From Chlorokybus atmophyticus (taxonomy: Eukaryota; Plantae; Mesostigma and Chlorokybus algae), in contig RHPI01000797.1 in the NCBI GenBank assembly GCA_009103225.1, positions 309,064 to 373,063 of the forward strand: DNA of 64,000 nt, given 5' to 3'. The notes under the pieces are model-generated. The model was not told the DNA's origin, did no database searches, and saw only the letters and a list, made by a program, of their open reading frames with translations. Every line of letters starts with the position of its first letter. The stretch's first letter is position 1. The position numbers were made by a program, and so were the translations under genes. Shown piece by piece: positions 36,701 through 49,198 of this stretch.

Positions 36701-38295
36701 AATGGAGAGGGACAACATACGACGGACAGCTGAAACTGAGAAGAAACAGGTTTGCGCATTGTTGTTGTTGTTGCCGCCGCCGTTGTTGTTGTTGTGTTAG
36801 ACACGCCGGCACTCTGTAGTAATCATCTGTTACCCATGTTGCAACACAGTGCACAGCTTAGCCCTGCTCGTCGGTCGCAGCACATGCAGCATTGCGTGCG
36901 TGCATGCATGCTGACTCTGTGTGGTAACCTGTGCCGCAGCTTCACATGCAGCTGCACCACGCTCAAGAGAGGTCCGACAAAGCGGTGCAGGAGGCTGCTG
37001 ACATGCGCGAGACGTTAGACGACCAAGCCAACGAAATTGCCAACCTCAATGCCCAGCTGGACCACTTCACCGAGGTAACAACATATGTTGCATGATTGTA
37101 AATTCAGCGCAAGCATACACACACAACCATTTGTTGTCAACACTGTGGCTCACTCATGCGCGTGTGCAGGTGAATGAAAGGATCCGTCACGATGTGGCTG
37201 AAGCTGACCGCAAGGCCGCTGCAGAAGCAGCACGCACTCAGAACTTACTTCAGCAGGTACTGACCAGCAACTACTGACTTTAAGGAGCACGTGACGCCCT
37301 GTAATGATGCGCCTTTGGTCTCATTCAGGTGTCTGCACTTGAAGCACGCATTGATGCCTCGCGACACGAACGCTCGATCGGTCAGACGACTCTGAAACAA
37401 AGACTGGAGCTTGCGTACAGCCAACAGCAGGTGAGAAAGTCATCTGATGCATGTCAAGCTGGCAAGATACATGCACTTCTGATGTTCTTCAAATGCGTTT
37501 GTTTTTTAGTCAGCTGAAAGGAAACTGTTTCAGGAACTCATGCGGGAGAAAGATGATGCCAAGAGTCTGTTGCACGAGGCACAGTCACGCTGTGCTTCCG
37601 CAGAGAGCGCGGTCGCTGCCCTGCGAGACGAGACCGCACGTCTAAGGCAAGAGACTGCGGACGCCTCCCACACTCGCACCACTCTACAGCGAGAGCACGC
37701 CGATGAGGTCACTCAGCTCAGACTGCAGCTGGAGAAACAGGTGCGATGCTGTGACAGTGAGCTGTTGCGGTCTCAATAATCTTGCAAGGAGCCGTGTGAG
37801 GACATGACCTGTCCATCAACACAGGCACTCACTCTGTATACTCTGTATGAGATGCAGAAACTCACCGTGTGTATGGTCACACAGGCGCTTTACTACAAGG
37901 AGCTTGAGCAAATAGCCAACAGGCAGCGGGATAACGTGGAGCGGCTGCAGGCGCTGCTGGAGTCTGAGCGCAGGACCGCTTCGCAGAAAGCCAAGCAGTT
38001 CGCCAATGCCATGAAAGAAGAGCAGCAAAGATGGCAGCAGCAGCAGCAGCACGAGTTCGATGATGCAGAAATGTACCACAACTTCTCCCCATCTACTTGC
38101 GAACAGCAGCAGGCCGAACAGGCTGCCGCGTCCACGTCAACAGCCAACGCTGAGTACAGCAATATGACCTCGGGTGTAAAGTTGCCCCAAAGCCATATCG
38201 AGTCCGCCACGCGCCACCTGAGAAGCAAGTACGGGAGCAATCGGAAGTACACGCCCTCTCTAAGCGAGATTGCTGCAGACGAGAGTATAGCATAA
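33736..38295 (+). CDS. Long coiled-coil protein of unknown function
   Basis: About 14 phase-compatible exons from MVADLLDSDSDLDAPF... to ...EIAADESIA*. Heptad-like E/Q/K/R/A-rich exons. One GC-AG intron (36368-36574) and one N-gap inside an intron. Confidence 0.75.
35642..36010. other. Assembly gap (N)
   Basis: N-run after GGGGAGG; could hide an exon. Confidence 0.99.
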
Positions 38296-38534
38296 TTGCA
38301 AGCTGATAAAGCACAATAATATACCCGTCATGACGTTCTGCTATGTTGAAAATGTTGGGAAGCAAGGGGATACTTGCGCCAACAGCTGTATTAGCTATCA
38401 ATAAAGTACATATGGTGGGTCACAAACGGAGTAGCACCCTAGTAATATAGTAACTAACAAGAGCAACAGTGGACTGTACTATGTACTAGAAAGTGTGAGT
38501 ACCTCCTATGCTATGTGCCTGCATTGCGCGTACA

Positions 38535-41500
38535 CTACGTCAAGTCTATGGCGTCTTGCTCTCCAGATTTCAATACCCAGGCACCCCCCTTAGAAACGCA
38601 CAGCTCTTTCAGCACCTGTGAGCAAACTTCTCATTTAGCAAAGCACGATGGTGATTGGCTAACGAGATGCACATTGGCAGCGCACAAACTTGCACCACAT
38701 GCCACTGCTCACCTTCATGTACACTGCATTTGATACATCTGCTTTCAGCACAGATATCGTCTCTTCCCGAATGTCACTTTTTCGCAGCGCTGCCTTCTTC
38801 AGCAGAAGTGATATAATGACAGACCTGTGGACAACCAACGGACGGGTCTTTGCAATTGGCAACACAACGACATAGCCGGCGCGCAAGAAGTCAACCAACG
38901 CGCCGTCCTCACCGGAACGGGTCCAATGAGGGGTTGTTCAATGTGGTGAGGAAGTACTTGCCGCCGATGTTGCTTAGCGTGCCAGCGATTGCTGACTCAA
39001 AAGCAGCCGGGGAAGTGGCTCCTGCGGCACGTGCGGCGCGTACGGCCTGCGGACTCAGCCCACCCCACCCTTCACTGGCGGCTTGCGCAAGCCATCTTTT
39101 CAGCGCGTGATTACTGCATCAAGCACACATGAGACCACCTCCCACGCCTGTTGCTCAAGGCACTGTCTCTCACTCTCACACGCACTTGCATGTGCGTGCG
39201 CACACACACTGCACGAGTGATGCGTCAAGAGCTGGGGTGAGACCACTATATATGTTGGTTTACACTTGTGTGACCCGTACCTCAACACATGGTGCTTGTT
39301 GAAGATAGACCGCAGCACCTCGGGAAGCGCTTCAAGGACTTCCGCCGTCAACGGGCCTTTGTGTGGTGAGAACGGGCCATGTATGTTGTGAGGCGAGAGC
39401 GGGCCGGCCTCCAAAGATAAATCGCCGTTAGTGTGTAGTCTCAGCGTGCCCGAATGAGCCATCAAAGCTTTCCGAATATCGGGCTCTAGGGCGCTCCATT
39501 GCTTTACTGCACTCTCTGCCACCGCTTGGTACTCCTGCTCATAGAAGATACACATGGGTGGCAGCAACAAGCACTGCCATCATCAGCAGGCACATTGACA
39601 ACTAATCTTTAGCGCCAAACACGCGTGTATATGTGCGCGTGCGTATTTTGCGCCACAATCTACTTGCATGTATGTATATGAAGTGTGCGCGCATGTGCGT
39701 GTCTGCAAGCAATGTCTGTGCGTCAACACTCTGAAGCAATACGATAATGCAACCGCATGCAAACTCTGCTGCGGCATGCAGACCAATACATTGTAGCGTT
39801 TGACTATCGGCAACTGTTGCGAACCAACAAGGGTGTGTTGGCTCACCGCGAGGAACTCCACATCGGTCGGCTCCCTAAACTCCCAGCCATGACCCGTGCG
39901 AGGGTGCGCGAGCTCCATGCAGGAGTCGCGCAGCACGTCGGCGGGGAACTTGAGCGCCGACAGCTGCGCGGCCACGATGAACCGGTTCTGCGAGAAGAGC
40001 AGCAGCAGGTAGTCCCGCAACGCCGAGCGGGGCCCGTCCGCTACCGCCACCCGGCTCTTCGCCACCCAGCAGCCTTGCACCAGCACCGCCATCTCGAAGA
40101 GAGCGCCCAGTAGCGCAGCTTCACTCACATCCGGGGGCGCCAACCTATGTGGCAAAGCATAGCAGTAAGCTGATTGCGAGCGCATGAGAGTGCGTACACA
40201 TACGCGTCTTCGTATATTTATGTCTGCACATGTGCGCGCACATGTGCAGGACAGTTTGTTCAGAGAATCGATCAAGCATGAAATAGTGTACGTGCTTGTG
40301 TGCTTGTGCGCGTATGTGTATGCGTGCGCATCTGTGCATGCATGTATATGCGAGTGTGTGCGTGCAAATACTCACACGCGCGAGCATGCTCTCGCCGTCC
40401 AACCGGCCTGCTTTTACCAATCCAAGCATACCGTTTAATTCTGCTATAGCGATGGATACATGCGTTGCCTTCAGTGAGTATGGCCTGCAGTCGTGCTTCC
40501 AGCGGCAGGGAGTCGAGGTAGCTGCGCGATAGGCTCCCCTTGCCGAGGGAGCTGTGGTCCAATGGCAGCACGGGTGCCGCCGCCGCGGCCGGCACGATCG
40601 CGCTCACGTACTCTTGCTTTGGCATGTTGAAAAGGAGCGAGTAGCTCGTCGGACAGAACAGCTTCTCGTACGCGTCTTGTGTGGATGCGCTGCCGGCCAA
40701 GTGCAACGACAGACTCTTCCATGGCTCCGCCTCCTCCTGCAAGAAGAAGTGGAGAATGTGATATGACTTTGCATATGTGACTGAGTAAAGTAAACCCACC
40801 TGCTGCTTGAGATACGCGTGCGAGTTCAACCTGCTTTCTGCTTGCCGCTCCGTCTCGCGTTGCTTGAATTGCACCTGCATGCACATTATGTAAGCAGCAG
40901 GTACCAACGCCAACTTTCAGCATTAACCACCACCAAGCCTCTGAGTGTGTATGCAAATGCGTGCGTGTGAGTGCATGTGCATGTGCATGTGCATGTACGC
41001 GCACACGTGTGTAATCAGAAGCGCAACACTTTGGGAAACCCTCTCATAGCAATGAATCCTAAAGGCTGCATGAAGGGTGGACAAAGCTACAAGTTCAGTC
41101 CGTCCAACCTGCAAGGGCTGAAGCTCAACAGCGTCCTCCTGCTCTTCGGCCTGTTCTTCGGCTTTGCTGGCGGCAGGCGCAGCTTTGGCCTTCTTCTTCG
41201 CGTCTGACTCGTCCAGATGCCGCGGATGAGGGCGCAGCTGCACGGTGCCATCAACCGGGTTGAGGTGCAACTGCGCACATCCGCACCGGAGGTGAGCTCC
41301 AGCACTGATGTTGTTACAAACAATGATGATGGTATGTTGATGAAGACATCGATGATGATGATGATGATGATGATGAGGGGGGGGGGGGGGGGGGGGGGGG
41401 GGNNNNNNNNNNNNNNNNNNNNNNNNNNNNNNNNNNNNNNNNNNNNNNNNNNNNNNNNNNNNNNNNNNNNNNNNNNNNNNNNNNNNNNNNNNNNNNNNNN

Positions 41501-42567
41501 NNNNNNNNNNNNNNNNNNNNNNNNNNNNNNNNNNNNNNNNNNNNNNNNNNNNNNNNNNNNNNNNNNNNNNNNNNNNNNNNNNNNNNNNNNNNNNNNNNNN
41601 NNNNNNNNNNGGGGAGGGGGGGGAGAGAACACTCACTTGCCTGATTGCCGCGAAGAATGCCCACTGCGTAGCTGGACAGGTGCGGGACGGGTGCCGAAGT
41701 CAGTACCTGCATGCACGCACAAGCATGAGCGGTCACTCGCGTGTACTAAGTGAGAAGTGTTTCATTTGAATTGAAACAGGGTGCACACATGCATGCGCAC
41801 GCGCGCGCACCATCTTCTTCATGCGCAGAGAGTCTGGTGCATCTTCATCGTAGTTCTCGCTCTCGCAGTCGAGGCCTATCTCCATCTCTACCCGCCCGAT
41901 TTGTGGCTTGAACTTCACCTGCAACAGCCACAACAGGCGCAGCGCACAAAATGTGGAGTGTTTGCATACATCACGTGCTCATGTGCGCTGCACATCAACC
42001 CACTCGCTTAGATGACAGAGGCTCCCGTCAACACAACAACTGAACATATGACATGCATGATGTGATAGCTGTGCTGAAGGTACACGCCCCTTGCAATGCA
42101 TGCGTGCAATGCAACAGATAATGTACGTTGCAAGGCAGGGACAAACACGTACCTCACAGTTCTTTGGGTCAAAGTCATAAGGCCGCCAGGGTGGCCGCAA
42201 GGGGTACTGGAACACATAGAGCTGCAGCAGAACAAAGAAGAAAACAGGATATTAGCAATCGTGCAGCATTACAACTCTGGCACTCAATGCGCTGATTGCA
42301 ATTGTTGCTTGTCATCAGCTATAAAGTTAGTGGTTCAATTGTAGTACAATCCGTCGTTAAAGTTACATACAGTTCTATGCAAACTTGGTTGGCGCACAGA
42401 CAAATGCATGCAACTTTGATGTGCAACACTCACAAGAAGTTGCTAAAGTGCTTTGGGTGGACGCATGACAAGCTTGGGTGAAGCACTGGCAAGTTAACAG
42501 TAACCATGCAGGCAGTCAAGTAGCTTGGCTGGAAACTTCACGATTACGTGCAATGGAGCATTGATGG

Positions 42568-42604
<37 letters not shown>

Positions 42605-42830
42605 TTGCTGCAATGACTAAGGCATACTACATCACATCGCATGTCACCTGGGTTTCTGGATCCATACGCGGCTGCACAAACACGTCAATGGTGCGCACGA
42701 TCCTATCGCCGCTGCCACTGACGCCAATACCAGCGCCAGGTGGCTGGTCCGACGGCTCGGGCTTCTCTCTCGACCCAAACATCTCCACGTCAATGTCCCC
42801 AACGTCGATGTCCATGTCGGCCATGTCCAT
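38535..42830 (-). CDS. RPC5: RNA polymerase III subunit RPC5 (Sin-like)
   Basis: Exons give IVRTIDVFV, LYVFQYPLRPPWRPY, VKFKPQIGRVEMEI, SYAVGILRGNQ|LHLNPVDGTVQLRP, AVLVQGCWVAKS, RDYLLLLF and a C-terminal VLKELCVSKGGAWVLKSG, all characteristic of RPC5/POLR3E. Confidence 0.9.
41403..41610. other. Assembly gap (N) in an RPC5 intron
   Basis: N-run flanked by poly-G on both sides. Confidence 0.99.
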
Positions 42831-43073
42831 GGCGGCGGCGCCGCCGTCGCCGCCGCGGCCCTGGTTTAGGGTTGGAAAATGCATGCAAAACTTGGGGCTC
42901 TCGGCCTCGGGTCCGGAACCCAAGTTCGGACCTGCGCAATGGGACCCCTCTGAAAGGGACCCAAGGCTAGGGTTTGTGTGCGTCGGCGGTGGTGTAGTCG
43001 GTGGCGGTGGCGGCGGTGTTGGTGGCGGTGGAGGCGGTGGAGGCGAAGCTTGGTCGAGGCCAGTGACGCCACC

Positions 43074-44235
43074 ATGCCTGCCACGGCGACCATCGTGGGC
43101 ATGTACCTGGGCCTCGGGGTGCAGCTCTACAGCAATGCCGTGCGAAAGCTGCCGCTGATGAGGCGTAAGTGTGTGCGCAATGTTGACTTAGTTGGCGGTA
43201 ATGAAGCGGTCGCTTAGCCTCAAGAACATCTTCAACTGTGCGGTTCAGCATTGACTGCAAATGCTAGTGGGTTTGATCATGCGTCACCTGCCCTGCAACA
43301 GGTCTGCGACACATATGATAAGTCAGCTGAGCTTGGGCTAAGTATTGTCACTACGTGCAAGTGGATCTGTCGCAACACCTTGTTTATGTTAACTTGAAGC
43401 GGTAGCTGTGTGTATCAGCGTGTATGCTTCCCGTCTCCAGGGTGACTTGCATTGCGATTGCAATAGCCACAGTTCATAGCAACGCTGATTACCAACCACA
43501 TACTGTTAGTCTCATGTTCAATTCCAGTCGTTACTATGACAACAGCCGACATGTGTCAAATTTTCTAGTCGTTGCGCAGTTTAATGTTGTTCTAATGCAA
43601 GGGTTCTGCTTCGCTGCTAAGGAGCCATTCTAAAGCATGTCAAACGGACACACCACAATCCTGCAAGTTGGCTGTGTTGCAACTTATGAGTCACTAGCTG
43701 TAGGAATTGCCTGTAAGGTTGCCATGCTTGCATACAACAGCTGCTGAGTGAGCGTGCCATTCTGCACGCATGATCATGTGCGCGTGCGCGTGTGACAAGC
43801 AACATTGTGTTGAGAGCGCTGTAAGTGTTGGGGTGACAGATCCATGGGAGCATTTGCTGGCGATTGGGTTGGGCGGGGCGTTTGGGTCCGGGGTGGCACG
43901 CTGGGAGGAGAAGCTGATCGTGCAAACGACGGAGTATCTGGAACAACGGGAGGCCCTCAACAAACGACGGCACTCAAGTAAGCAGTTGCCGCCTTGTCAA
44001 GGCTAGCTGGAAGCAGCAACAAAAACATGCAAGTTGTGCACAGATAGCCTTGCAATCATCACATGCATTGTCAGTTGCGGTGGTCAATAGCCGGTCAGCT
44101 GGTGCGCAACTGTGTGGCTTAAAGGGAAATGTTGTATCGATGTTGTATCGGTTGTGCTCTGTGCATTGCTGCTGAAGTGCTTGCTGCCCTACTAACTGTT
44201 GCTTGCCACATACAGGCATCCAGAAGCCATTGTGA
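43074..44235 (+). CDS. NDUFC2: Mitochondrial complex I subunit B14.5b (plant type)
   Basis: MPATATIVGMYLGLGVQLYSNAVRKLPLMR|HPWEHLLAIGLGG...RWEEKL matches the plant B14.5b motif YSNALRKLPYMRHPWEH. The short last exon (44216-44235, preceded by a CTAAC branch point) is tentative. Confidence 0.88.
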
Positions 44236-44696
44236 GACTGGCAGCGGTGGGCAGCAGCCACAACATGTAATCCTTCAAGACACTGGCTTGAGAACAGAAG
44301 TACTATTCAACAATATAGTTGTAGCTACACGCATGGAGCTGTGATCGTGCAAGGTAGGCTTCACTCGCATTTCATGACTAGCGCGTGGTCACCAGTCATG
44401 GGAGCACTCAGGAGCATTTGCAATTTGCACAGAACTACTCGTAACGCGATTGAGTCCAGCACATTGTTTAAGTCAAATGCAGCTACAGTGGCAAGCACAG
44501 CATTGGCTGTGATGGCGTGCATACATTGATCATGGCTTTGGCCCCACTGCCCTGGACACGACCAGGAGATGATATGAGGCAGTCCGATATGTAAGACGGG
44601 ATAATGTTGCTAAGGTCTGGCTGTTTTGGCTGTCGGAATGATGCAACGGTTTCTGGATCATTCCTCATGGACATTTGCATGGGCATGTCATTGTGC

Positions 44697-44746
44697 TGCT
44701 ATGTTGCTGCATAGCAAGCACACGCTTGCTATGCAGCAACATAGCA
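44697..44746. repeat. Perfect 23-bp-stem hairpin with a 4-nt loop
   Basis: TGCTATGTTGCTGCATAGCAAGC-ACAC-GCTTGCTATGCAGCAACATAGCA. Confidence 0.9.
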
Positions 44747-45295
44747 ACATAACAACAACTGCAGCGAGATCTTTGCAGTTTACTTTGATTAATACTAGTG
44801 GTTGAAGTCTTGGTAACAAGTAGTCTCAGTAGTCTCAGTTGACCAATCTATTATCCCTGTAGCCAATGCTCCTGGCTCGTCCTGCACTGCATCAGTCACA
44901 CACACGCTGCCCTCCTTACAGCTTGGAGATGCACGGGCAATCTGCAGGCTCGCAACTTTGCAGTTGCACACGTACTCAGGTGCTCTGAAGCACGCCTGGT
45001 CCAAGCATGCACATACGAGCCAGAGACCATGACTTGTTGCAGTGTACCTTTGTATTGTGTTGGTTGCTACTGATTGCTTATAATGCTGCCTGCTGTGCCT
45101 GTGTGTCCTGTCTTGCTTTGTGTCCCCTTATTCCACCATATGCCTTTGCCTGATCTTTCAACACCGACTTGGCTGCTGCCCTGTACGCTGTAGTGTGATA
45201 TGCCCTCCAACTCGCCTTGCAGCCATGTGAGATGCTCGCAGCAATACATCGTTTAATCTGAGCTGGAGTGCGCGGAGTTGTTGTAAAGTTCAGCA

Positions 45296-47934
45296 CTAGT
45301 CGTATATGCACACCGGACCCAGCTCCATGGCAAGCCGATACGCCCAATGGTCCAGACCTGCATTGTGAACGGAGCGCATCGTTGCGCCCCTGTCAAAGTA
45401 CTTGCCGGTTCCCTTGGCTGTGTATCCGTACATATCAATGCGAGTGCAGAGGCCCGAAGACATTATCTGGAGTGACACGCAAAGGTGTTCAGTTCAGAAT
45501 TATATATGCACATGGCCGGCCCCAGCAGCGGATGTGTTGATAAAATGGCCACAGGGTGGCTACCCACAAGCGTTGGTAAATTGTCAATGATTTGGTTACC
45601 TGTAAAGCCCACTTGTAGCCTCCTGGAGGTGTCTGCCTCGCTGTTATCTTTGCTTCTTCGATGTACTTTGTATAGAGAGGATAGATTAACTGCGAAACCA
45701 ACTGGTGTTTAGCTGCAATGTCACAACTGTTAACTTCGGTTCGGTTTAGACATGCCATGGTGCGAGCCTGTACATCCCGACATGATAGTTGTAAACCAGA
45801 CCTCATCGGCATATCGAGTAGTCCACAACAGCGGCAGCCCCAGATGTGTCTGCTTTGGTATCTCTGCTCTATCGCCAAATGTGAAGTACTTGATAGGGGA
45901 CTTGAACATATAGAAGCGGCTTGCGCGCTGCTTCTCCACGCCATACTGAACTTCATCTGATCGTACCTGATGAACATGTGAATAAGTTATGCTATCACAA
46001 TCTCCCATACAATTGTTCAAGCGCAGCTGTATACCTTCCAGTACATGATGTCACTCTTTGAGCCAATGTCATCCGCATACTTTTTCATGGGAGAGTTGTA
46101 TCTAAACACAGTGTCATGAGAGTCAATCTCCGGTCCTCTTTGGTGGTGAAGAACATTGTCCCCAACCTGTTGCAAGGCTTTGGTCAGAGCCTGAGCCAGT
46201 CCAGGCTTAAGCAATAACCACTGTACAATAAGATCTACGTGCTGTGGCTTGGCAATGCAGATTGCAGAGTTCAAGCACAGCTCACAAAGGTCATACCGCG
46301 ATGACCGCACAACTTCCCAGTGCTCCAGGCTTCAGATCTGGAAACAGCTCCAAGTAGTTTTCTGGCATGGTGTTGTCCTGGAAGTTGTCAGCTGGACTGT
46401 CCCGGAGGCCCATGGTATCACCCGACATGTACCTGACCGCACATGACCGTTTAAGGCAACTCTATCCGTGCATTGACAATCAGCTACTGCACGTGCTCAG
46501 TCATTGATTTCTCCTTTGCTTCAAGCAACGGAGCAGTCAAGGACTGTACGAGTGCACTCCAACTCAGTAAGAGCTCCTCTACATAAAACAACGACAGCAA
46601 TCATCATGTCCTTTTACTAACAGGTACCAACCTTTTGACACAATCACGCGTCCAGACTCCGCATTGTGTTTCATTGCCAGCAAACCACTTTGTTAGCACC
46701 TTCAAAGCGTATTCGCGTATAGTGGCAGAGGGAGGTGTGAACCGGAGCTGATGATCATCTTTCTTCTTTTTCTTCTTCGCAAGCAACTTCCTTCCAAGAT
46801 TGCTGTGCGACTCATCTGCAAGCCCAACTGAGATTAAGTCACCTTGCAAAGACTCAATGTGCAACAAAGTCATGGCTTAGGCAGCAATATCCGAAACACA
46901 TACCAGTCACTTTGAAAGTGGACTCCTCTAACACGGAGTCTCCAAAGCGTAGCGGGGCGGGTGCATACCGGCACATGTCTGGGATAATCGGCTCAGGGCA
47001 GTCGGGGCAGTTTGGCACAATGCTGTCTGGAGGACGCACTGAAGGACCTGATTGGCCAGGCCATTACAACATGGCAAGATAAACCCGTTCATGCATTGGG
47101 CCGCAATGACCAGCACACAAGGCCACCCCGACACCCCAACACACCCGTGTACCTGCTGCAGGTCGTCGTATGTGCTTCACACGCTCCACCATGACATCCA
47201 ATGTGACTGCAACATATCAACTACAAGTCACTTACTCGCAAGATGCAGGCACTGGCATCCACTTCAAACAACCATTGGGATGTGAAGTGTGCCCTCAGCT
47301 CTTGCGCGTACATACCGTTGTCACCAGCCGCAAGAGTACACAAGGCTAAAAGCACGATGAGCACCAGCTTCATCTTGTCAACCTGCATACAAGTGGGTCA
47401 CAAACCTGTGTTCATGTCCTTTTAAGCACTGCCTGGAGGACTGATCTCCACTTGTTCTTACCTAACTATCAATGTGACCTATGTATGGGCGGTTGAGTCT
47501 TCGAAGAACCACCACCAGAGCTGCGACGTAAAGGGAGCGCAAGAGGGAGTGCCAGGCAGACGTGACAGACGAGCGAGCCAAGTTATACCAGCGCAGCGCA
47601 TTCAGCACCACGAGAGCTCCTACACGAAACTTGGCCTGCGCAGGTTTCTTCTTTCCGTCCACCTGTTACGGATGTATTGTTGGGCACCTAGTTAACACCC
47701 TAGCGAAACACACTTCCACCGCAAACAACGATTGCGTGTTCTGTGTCCATGCAGCATAAACCAAGGACAATGTGACATTGTGTTCTTTGTCCTCACAGGA
47801 GCAATGCTTGCTGCTTTGCATTGACTGTTTGTGCAAGGTGCAACACTGCGTCATGCTTCCACAACTTGTTGGGCAGTTGTTTCGTACAGACCCATACTTG
47901 TATTGCTCACACATACATCAGGTGGCATGACCAT
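45296..47934 (-). CDS. GT29 (sialyltransferase-like) Golgi glycosyltransferase
   Basis: L-like motif GSCAVIA|VGDNVLHHQRGPEIDSHDTVFRYNSP..YADDIGSKSD; S-like motif GYKWALQ|IMSSGLCTRIDMYGY; YF motif and VS-like HNAGLDH. Hydrophobic anchor MKLVLIVLLALCTLAAG. The start is either 47373 or 47934. Confidence 0.8.
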
Positions 47935-49198
47935 CCAGCTGCACTGACCGGAAGTGCCTCAGCAGCTTCTGTCAATGGTGGCTCCACCCCCATCAGGCGT
48001 ACATCAGCGAGCACCAGCTGCAAAGGAGACGAAGAAAGGTGAGGGGGGGAAGGGAATGCTGCAAAGCTACTGGACCACACAGCAACAGCCAAGCAATACC
48101 AAAGCAAACAACAATCAGCAGGCTGGCTTCGCACCTTTCATGTCATTCAACGGCACCAGCAAGCGCAGGCAATGTCAAGCTGCTATCAGTTCACCTTCAA
48201 CATCTAGCACAAGCTCGTGAATGCACCTTGTCTGAAAGCTGAATAGATCCGTTTCAACACTGGTTTCCTCAACGCTGGTCTTCCAGGTTCCCCCGCAAAC
48301 GTAGCGAAATACACACCCCGCCTACCCAGCTATGCGCCCAGAGCTCCTTCCCGCTCTCAGCCCCTCCGGCGCCGCTGTCCCACCGCAGCCCCCCCGCTCG
48401 CCAACGACACCAGCAGCCACCACTGCACACCCTCCCGATCCGGTTCAATTACTCCGCTCCACGCGCCCGAACCGAGTCGTTGTCATAACCGATAGGGCGG
48501 ACGTAGGCTTGCATGCAACCTATCGCCCGCGGGCGCGACGTACAGGAGAAGGCACTCCCGTTTTCTCGTTGCGCCGTACCGGAAGCGAAGTACCGGACAC
48601 TTCAGTCCAGATCGCCGCTTTGCCGTTTGGTTTTGTGTATAATTGCTCGGTTAAGCGGTTTGTCGGTTCCGGATTGGTTGGTCGGTTAGTTGACTGGGGC
48701 GGCGGTGTCCGTGAGGGCCTGGGTGTGGGTGTGAGTGAGGGTGTGGGGGGTGAGGGTGTGGGGCGAGGCGGCTTAAATAGGGGGAAGGATAGGGAAGATG
48801 GGAACTAGTTTAGGAGACAGTTGGCGCGGTGGGGGCACACTCACGGGGGGAGGTCTCACTTGGCAGGGTGCCTCTCAAACGCTGCGCTCAGGTACTGCAC
48901 TTAGGTAGCAGATATTTTCAATACACTATACATGTAGCCAGCTACTCCATTACACTGTTACATTACACCTCCCCTGCAGTGTATACGATACCACCTGATG
49001 TTCATCAGTGGCAGTCACTGACTGTGTGTGTTTTAGTAATGTGTTTCCATTGCTGTGTAATATGTAATACGGTTGCAAGGAGCCAAGTTGCACGTCCAGT
49101 GCCACTCTTGCTTTTGTGCTTGCTTACCTTAAGCCAGCTGTGTTTGAGTTTTTTACAAAAATAAGTTGTCATTTCCCATGACGTGTTAGGTTGCTTTC

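Noticed and set aside
39355-39450. Possible in-frame GC-AG intron (GG|GCACGC...CACAAAG) within an RPC5 exon
   Set aside because: The frame is open either way and the donor is weak; this cannot be decided without transcripts, so it was not counted.
13972-41625. G-runs flanking all three N-gaps
   Set aside because: Most simply explained as sequencing or assembly dropout at poly-G tracts, not a biological feature. Poly-X ORFs spanning the gaps are artefacts.
47954-48220. Plus-strand ORF MPQQLLSMVAPPP...
   Set aside because: Lies antisense within the probable GT29 5' leader; no splice partners or domain.
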